Of a DNA stretch of 64,000 nucleotides, positions 58,685 through 64,000 are shown in pieces. This stretch comes from Gemmatimonadota bacterium (GTDB taxonomy: Bacteria > Gemmatimonadota > Gemmatimonadetes > Palauibacterales > KS3-K002). The notes beneath the pieces are model-generated. The model saw only the letters and a program-made list of their open reading frames with translations, did not search any database and was not told the origin of the DNA. The translations under genes and the position numbers were made by a program. Location of the stretch: the NCBI GenBank assembly GCA_039586795.1, contig JBDHJS010000016.1, forward strand, positions 1 through 64,000. Direction: 5' to 3'. Position 1 is the first letter of the stretch; each line of letters starts with the position of its first letter.

Positions 58685-60799
58685 ATGGCAACATTAGTAG
58701 AGCGTAAATTCGCCGGGCGGACCCTGTTGATGGAGTCCGGCCGTATGGCGCGTCAGGCGGACGGCGCCGTGCTCGTACAGTTCGGTGAAACCACCATACT
58801 CGCCACAGTCGTCGCTGAAGATAAGCAGACGAGACTTCCCTTCTTCCCTCTCACGGTCGAATACCGCGAGAAGAGCTACGCGGCCGGAAAGATCCCGGGC
58901 GGTTTCTTCAAGCGAGAAGGTCGGCCCGGTGAGAAGGAGATACTTTCGGCGCGCCAGATCGATCGCTCGATTCGGCCGCTGTTCCCCGAGGGCTTCATGA
59001 ACGAAGTCCAGGTCGTCATCTTTATCTTGTCAGCCGATCAAGAGAACGATGCCGATGTCCTAGGGTTGTTGGGCGCCTCAGCGGCGCTCAACATCTCGAG
59101 CGTGCCGTTCCCGTATCCTGTCGCCGCGGTCCGAGTCGGCCGGCTGGACGGCGAGTGGGTACTCAATCCGACATTCCAGCAGCTTGAGTTCTCCGACGTC
59201 GACCTCATCGTGGCCGGCTCCGAGGAGTCGATCATCATGGTCGAAGGCGGCTCGCTCGAGTTGACGGAGGAGGACCTCGTAACGGCTCTCGAGTTCGCCC
59301 ACGGCGGTATCCGCGAGCTCGTCGATGTACAGAAGGAGCTGGTCGAGCCGATCAAGAAGCCAAAGATGGAGTGGGAGCCGCTCAAGGTTGACGAGCGCGT
59401 CGCGGCTCGGGTGAGTGAGGTCTCGTTGGAACGTGCGAACGAGGCGCTGAACCTACCCAGCAAGGAAGAGCGGCATCAGGCGCTGTCGGCGCTGCGTGAA
59501 GCAGTCAGCAAGGAATTGTCCGAAGAGTTCGAGTCGGAAGAGCTCGAAGACTACGAAGGTCACGTAAGACGGGCGCTGGATCAGATCGAGTACGAGACGT
59601 TGCGCAGCCAGATCCTCGAAAAGGGTGAGCGCGTGGACGGCCGTGCGCCAGATGAGATTCGGTCGCTGTCGGTGGAGGTGGGCGTTCTTCCGCGTACCCA
59701 CGGTTCCGCATTGTTCACGCGCGGCAGCACGCAGTCGCTGGCGATCGTCACGTTGGGTACAAGCCGCGATGAGCAGCGTATCGATACGATCGATGTCCCG
59801 CAGGAAACGTCGAAGTCGTTCATGCTGCACTACAATTTCCCACCGTTTTCGGTCGGTGAGGTGCGGCAGTTCCGCGGCACGTCGCGGCGTGAGATCGGGC
59901 ACGGTGCGTTGGCCGAGCGCGCAATCCAGCCGCTCTTGCCTGCCTACGAGGATTTCCCCTACACGATCCGTGTCGTCAGCGACATCCTGGAGTCGAACGG
60001 CTCGTCGTCCATGGCGACCGTGTGCGGCAGCTCGCTGGCGTTGATGGACGCTGGTGTTCCGACCCGTGCGCCCTGCGCCGGCATCGCGATGGGTCTGATC
60101 AAAGAGGGTGACAAAGTCGAGATCCTGACTGACATCCTGGGAATCGAAGACCACCTAGGTGATATGGACTTCAAGGTCGCCGGCACGCGTACGGGGATCA
60201 CGTCCGTCCAAATGGATATCAAGATCGAAGGTCTGTCGACCGAGTTGATGCGCGAGGCGCTCGGGCGCGCGCGCACCGCACGGTTGGCCATCCTCGATTT
60301 CATGGACAAGACAATCGGGGAGCCGCGCTCGGATCTATCGCCCACGGCGCCGCGGATCATCACGCTGCAGGTCAAGCCGGACAAGATCGGCGAAGTCATT
60401 GGACCGAAGGGGAAGACCATCCGCGGGATCGAAGAGCAGACCGGCGCCGAGCTCAACATCGAAGACAGCGGTCTGATCACCATCTCGTCGGTCAGCGGTG
60501 AAGCGGGCGAGCGCGCTCGCGAGATCGTCGAGGCGATCGTGCAGGAGCCGGAGATCGGCAAGATCTACGAAGGCGTGGTCAAGAACACGACGTCGTTCGG
60601 TGCCTTCGTCGAGATCATGCCCGGCACGGAAGCGCTGTGCCACATTTCGGAGCTCGAAGAAGGGCGAGTCGAAAAGACAGAGGACGTGGTGAAGACCGGC
60701 GACGTCGTGAGAGTCAAATTGATCTCGGTAGACGATCGCGGTCGTATGCGTCTCTCACGTCGGGCCGCGATGAAGGAAGAAGCAGAGGCGACGTCGTGA
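58685..60799 (+). CDS. pnp: Polyribonucleotide nucleotidyltransferase
   Basis: FFPLTVEY, RREIGHG, SNGSSSMA, GDMDFKVAG, KH and S1 domains. Confidence 0.98.
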   Translation: MATLVERKFAGRTLLMESGRMARQADGAVLVQFGETTILATVVAEDKQTRLPFFPLTVEYREKSYAAGKIPGGFFKREGRPGEKEILSARQIDRSIRPLFPEGFMNEVQVVIFILSADQENDADVLGLLGASAALNISSVPFPYPVAAVRVGRLDGEWVLNPTFQQLEFSDVDLIVAGSEESIIMVEGGSLELTEEDLVTALEFAHGGIRELVDVQKELVEPIKKPKMEWEPLKVDERVAARVSEVSLERANEALNLPSKEERHQALSALREAVSKELSEEFESEELEDYEGHVRRALDQIEYETLRSQILEKGERVDGRAPDEIRSLSVEVGVLPRTHGSALFTRGSTQSLAIVTLGTSRDEQRIDTIDVPQETSKSFMLHYNFPPFSVGEVRQFRGTSRREIGHGALAERAIQPLLPAYEDFPYTIRVVSDILESNGSSSMATVCGSSLALMDAGVPTRAPCAGIAMGLIKEGDKVEILTDILGIEDHLGDMDFKVAGTRTGITSVQMDIKIEGLSTELMREALGRARTARLAILDFMDKTIGEPRSDLSPTAPRIITLQVKPDKIGEVIGPKGKTIRGIEEQTGAELNIEDSGLITISSVSGEAGERAREIVEAIVQEPEIGKIYEGVVKNTTSFGAFVEIMPGTEALCHISELEEGRVEKTEDVVKTGDVVRVKLISVDDRGRMRLSRRAAMKEEAEATS

Positions 60800-60819
60800 G
60801 GTTTGTTTGAGTACCGAGA

Positions 60820-60857
60820 AAAGGCCTGCTCTTGAACAAAGAGCGGGCCTTTGTCTT
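60820..60857 (+). terminator. Intrinsic terminator after pnp
   Basis: AAAGGCCTGCTCTT...AAGAGCGGGCCTTTGTCTT. Confidence 0.8.
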
Positions 60858-60866
60858 GTCTGTAGC

Positions 60867-60958
60867 GAACATTGAACATTGTACATCCGGCACGAAACGT
60901 TGAGCCGGTCGCCGGCGTTCAAGTGTCCCATGCCCAATGTTCAATCTCCAATGTTCAA
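60867..60958. repeat. 7-bp-period repeat (GAACATT) with inverted copies (CAATGTT)
   Basis: GAACATTGAACATTGTACAT on the left; CAATGTTCAATCTCCAATGTTCAA on the right. Confidence 0.75.
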
Positions 60959-60963
60959 CTGGC

Positions 60964-62232
60964 ATGCCTGAGCAGACAACCCAATTAGACCAAAGGGTCT
61001 TCAGCACCCAACTTGAGAACGGACCGCTCGTTCTCTCCGAGCACGTTCCCAGCGTGCGATCGGCCGCTGTCGGCATCTGGATGCCGTGGGGAGCCAGCCA
61101 CGATGAGCCGGAGCGTATGGGCGCCTCGCATCTTCTGGAGCACATGGTGTTCAAGGGGACGCAGAAGCGAACGGCCCGGGAGATCGCCCTCGAGGTCGAG
61201 GGGATAGGCGGCTCGCTCGACGCCTACACATCTCGGGAGCACACCGCCGTTCACGCCCATGTCCTCGACGAACACCTCCCGATCGCCGTCGATGTCCTCA
61301 CCGATCTGGTATTTCAGCCATTGCTCAAGGAGGCCGACTTGCAGTTGGAGCGAGAGGTCATCCTGGAGGAGATCGCCAGCGTTCAGGACACACCGGAGGA
61401 ACAGGTCTTCGATTTCCACTCGGATGTGCTCTGGGGTGGGCATCCCTACGGCCGTCCCGTGCTGGGCACACCTGAGACGGTTCGGGCGATAACGAGACAA
61501 GACGTGCACGATCTCTGGGAGTCCGCCTATCGGCCAAGTGTCTGTGTCGTAGCTGGCGCCGGGAACTTGAGCCACGAGACCATGCTCGAGCTTGTGGCAC
61601 GGAACTTCCCTTCAGAGAATGGACGAACGAAAGCACCAAGCGTCTCGGACCCCAGTCCGGCTGGGCCAGGTGAGCTGAGTGTCGGACGGGAGACGGCGCA
61701 GGTCCATATCTGCCTGGGCGCGCCCACGTTCGGGCGGAGCGATGACCGTCGCTATGCGGCGATTCTGGCCTCAACGGCGCTTGGCGGAGGGATGAGCAGC
61801 CGGCTCTTCCAGCGGGTCAGGGAGGAGTTGGGGCTGGCCTATACGGTCTACTCTTTCCAGTCGTTTTATGCCCGCGGCGGCCTATCTGGCGTCTACATGG
61901 CCACGCGCCCCGAGACTCAGGAGCTGGCGTTGAATGAGACGCGGGCCGAGTTGGCGCGTTTGGCCGCTGAAGGGCTGGAGGCGAGCGAGCTCGACTCCGT
62001 GAAGAACCAGACTAAGGGCCAGGTGGCGCTCTCCCTCGAGTCCACGTCAGCGCGTTTACAGCGGCTGGCCGGCGTCGCACTTTACAAGGAGCCCTACCAA
62101 AAACTCGACGAGATCTGCGCCCGCATCGATGCGGTCACGGAAGACGACATTATAGAGGTCTGCCGGGACTTCTTTGCCCCGGAGCAACAGACCACAGTGC
62201 GATTGGGTCCTGAAGCGGCATACAAAGACTGA
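60964..62232 (+). CDS. M16 family zinc peptidase
   Basis: HLLEHMVFKGT inverted zinc motif, GGGMSSRLFQ; follows pnp. Confidence 0.94.
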   Translation: MPEQTTQLDQRVFSTQLENGPLVLSEHVPSVRSAAVGIWMPWGASHDEPERMGASHLLEHMVFKGTQKRTAREIALEVEGIGGSLDAYTSREHTAVHAHVLDEHLPIAVDVLTDLVFQPLLKEADLQLEREVILEEIASVQDTPEEQVFDFHSDVLWGGHPYGRPVLGTPETVRAITRQDVHDLWESAYRPSVCVVAGAGNLSHETMLELVARNFPSENGRTKAPSVSDPSPAGPGELSVGRETAQVHICLGAPTFGRSDDRRYAAILASTALGGGMSSRLFQRVREELGLAYTVYSFQSFYARGGLSGVYMATRPETQELALNETRAELARLAAEGLEASELDSVKNQTKGQVALSLESTSARLQRLAGVALYKEPYQKLDEICARIDAVTEDDIIEVCRDFFAPEQQTTVRLGPEAAYKD

Positions 62233-62285
62233 TACATCCCGTGCGGTTGGAGCAGTTCGGCTGACAAGCGAGAAAGGCTAGAGAG

Positions 62286-63348
62286 ATGATCGTAGGGGTA
62301 CCCAAAGAGATCAAGACGGCTGAGAACAGGATCGCGATGGTGCCGGCCGGCGTCGAGCAGCAGCGGCTTCGACGACGCAGCGTTCGAAGCGGCAGGTGCG
62401 AAGATTTTCGACGACGTCGATGCGCTATGGGCGGAAGCGGAGATGATCGTGAAGGTGAAGGAGCCGATCGCCGAAGAGTTTCCGCGCATCAAGAGCGACC
62501 ATGTGCTCTTCACCTACTTCCACTACGCCGCAGACGAGACGCTGACGAAGGCGCTGCTCGAGAGCGGAGCGGTCTCCATCGCTTACGAGACCGTACAGCT
62601 GCCCACGGGTGAACTGCCGCTGCTAACGCCGATGAGCGAGGTGGCGGGCCGGATGGCGATTCAGGAAGGCGCGAAGTTCCTCGAGAAGACGTTCGGCGGG
62701 CTGGGAATCCTGCTGGGCGGTGTCCCGGGCGTGAAGCCGGCCGAGGTCGCGATCCTCGGCGGCGGCGTGGTCGGAACGCAGGCGGCATGGATGGCAGCCG
62801 GGCTCGGCGCCCGTGTCACCGTCCTCGACATCAACCTCGATCGCTTGCGCTATCTTGACGATGTGATGCCGAAGAACGTCGTCGGCCAGTACTCGAATCG
62901 TCACAACATCCTGGAGGCGATTCAGGCCGCCGACCTCGTCGTCGGTGCGGTCTTGTTGCCGGGCGCGAAGGCTCCTCATTTGGTCACCAAATCTGACCTC
63001 AAGCTGATGAAAGATGGAGCGGTGATCGTCGACGTCGCGGTCGATCAGGGCGGGTGCATCGAAACGGTCAAGCCGACCACACACGAGAACCCGACCTACG
63101 TGGTAGAGGGTATCATTCACTACTGCGTGGCGAACATGCCGGGTGCCGTGCCCCGCACATCGACGCTGGCGCTGACCAACGCCACCTTCTCGTACGCGAT
63201 GAAGCTGGCGGATAAGGGTTGGATCAAAGCGTGTCAGGATGACCATCCGTTGGCCCTCGGCGTCAACATGGTCGACAAGAAGGTAACGTGTCTGGGCGTC
63301 GCGGATGCGTTCGGTCTGGACTATACGCCGATAGAGGAAGTGCTGTAG
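62286..63348 (+). pseudogene. ald: Alanine dehydrogenase, frameshifted by an apparent deletion near 62360
   Basis: MIVGVPKEIK..ENR in one frame; SGFDD...KVKEP, LLTPMSEVAG and HYCVANMPG in another. Confidence 0.85.
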
Positions 63349-63511
63349 ATGGTGGACGGTCGACGGTAGACAGTCGACGGTAGACGGTAGATGTTGGACG
63401 GTTTTTGGACGGAGAAGCAGCACGTATACCGTGCGTTAGATTACACGTCCGGCCATCCTCCCGCCGCAACCGTCCAGTGTCTACCGTCCACCGTCTACCG
63501 ACAACTGCCCA
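63346..63511. repeat. 7-bp-period repeat (TAGACGG-like x8) with an inverted array (CCGTCTA-like x6)
   Basis: Forward units at 63346-63401; inverted units at 63470-63511. Confidence 0.9.
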
Positions 63512-63515
63512 CGCA

Positions 63516-63545
63516 TTGACCCGTACCACGTGATTCATCTACTAT
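63516..63545 (+). promoter_or_regulatory. Candidate sigma-70 promoter for mreB
   Basis: TTGACC-18-TACTAT. Confidence 0.55.
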
Positions 63546-63555
63546 TCAAGGCTAA

Positions 63556-64000
<445 letters not shown>

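Noticed and set aside
62286..62612. 108-aa ORF as a separate gene
   Set aside because: It is the ald N-terminus running out of frame after the deletion.

Overview
A GC-rich bacterial core-genome window, probably from a Gemmatimonadota lineage (inferred from gene content and order, not verified). It holds about 68 CDS, mostly housekeeping blocks: dnaX-ybaB-recR-mglB-mglA-pgsA-cinA; grpE-dnaJ; bshB1-iscS-mnmA; a Yip1/TolC/MacA/MacB-type exporter; comM-larE-thpR; lepB and a sigma-70 factor; rplM-rpsI-rpsB-tsf-pyrH-frr-uppS-cdsA-dxr-rseP; serS-kinase-pcrA; murA-pgeF; rimP-nusA-infB-rbfA-truB-ribF-rpsO-pnp; ald; and the start of mreB. I found no transposase, integrase, phage gene, tRNA, rRNA or CRISPR array. 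The most notable items are: (1) at least eight intergenic elements with one shared design (a 6-, 7- or 8-bp-period tandem repeat followed by its inverted copy), placed after stop codons and often next to promoters; (2) a six-gene EIIA / PII-like / cation antiporter / DUF948 / YtxH / Zn-phospholipase C operon; (3) an MglAB polarity module with a membrane-anchored partner gene and a second roadblock gene; (4) a rod-shaped ncRNA resembling 6S RNA; (5) mnmA, which appears to start at ATC and is in frame with iscS; (6) a LarE with a duplicated C-terminal domain; (7) two interrupted genes, thpR (in-frame TGA) and ald (frameshifting deletion); (8) an Asp-type MurA. All functional calls come from motif recognition by eye; no database searches were run.
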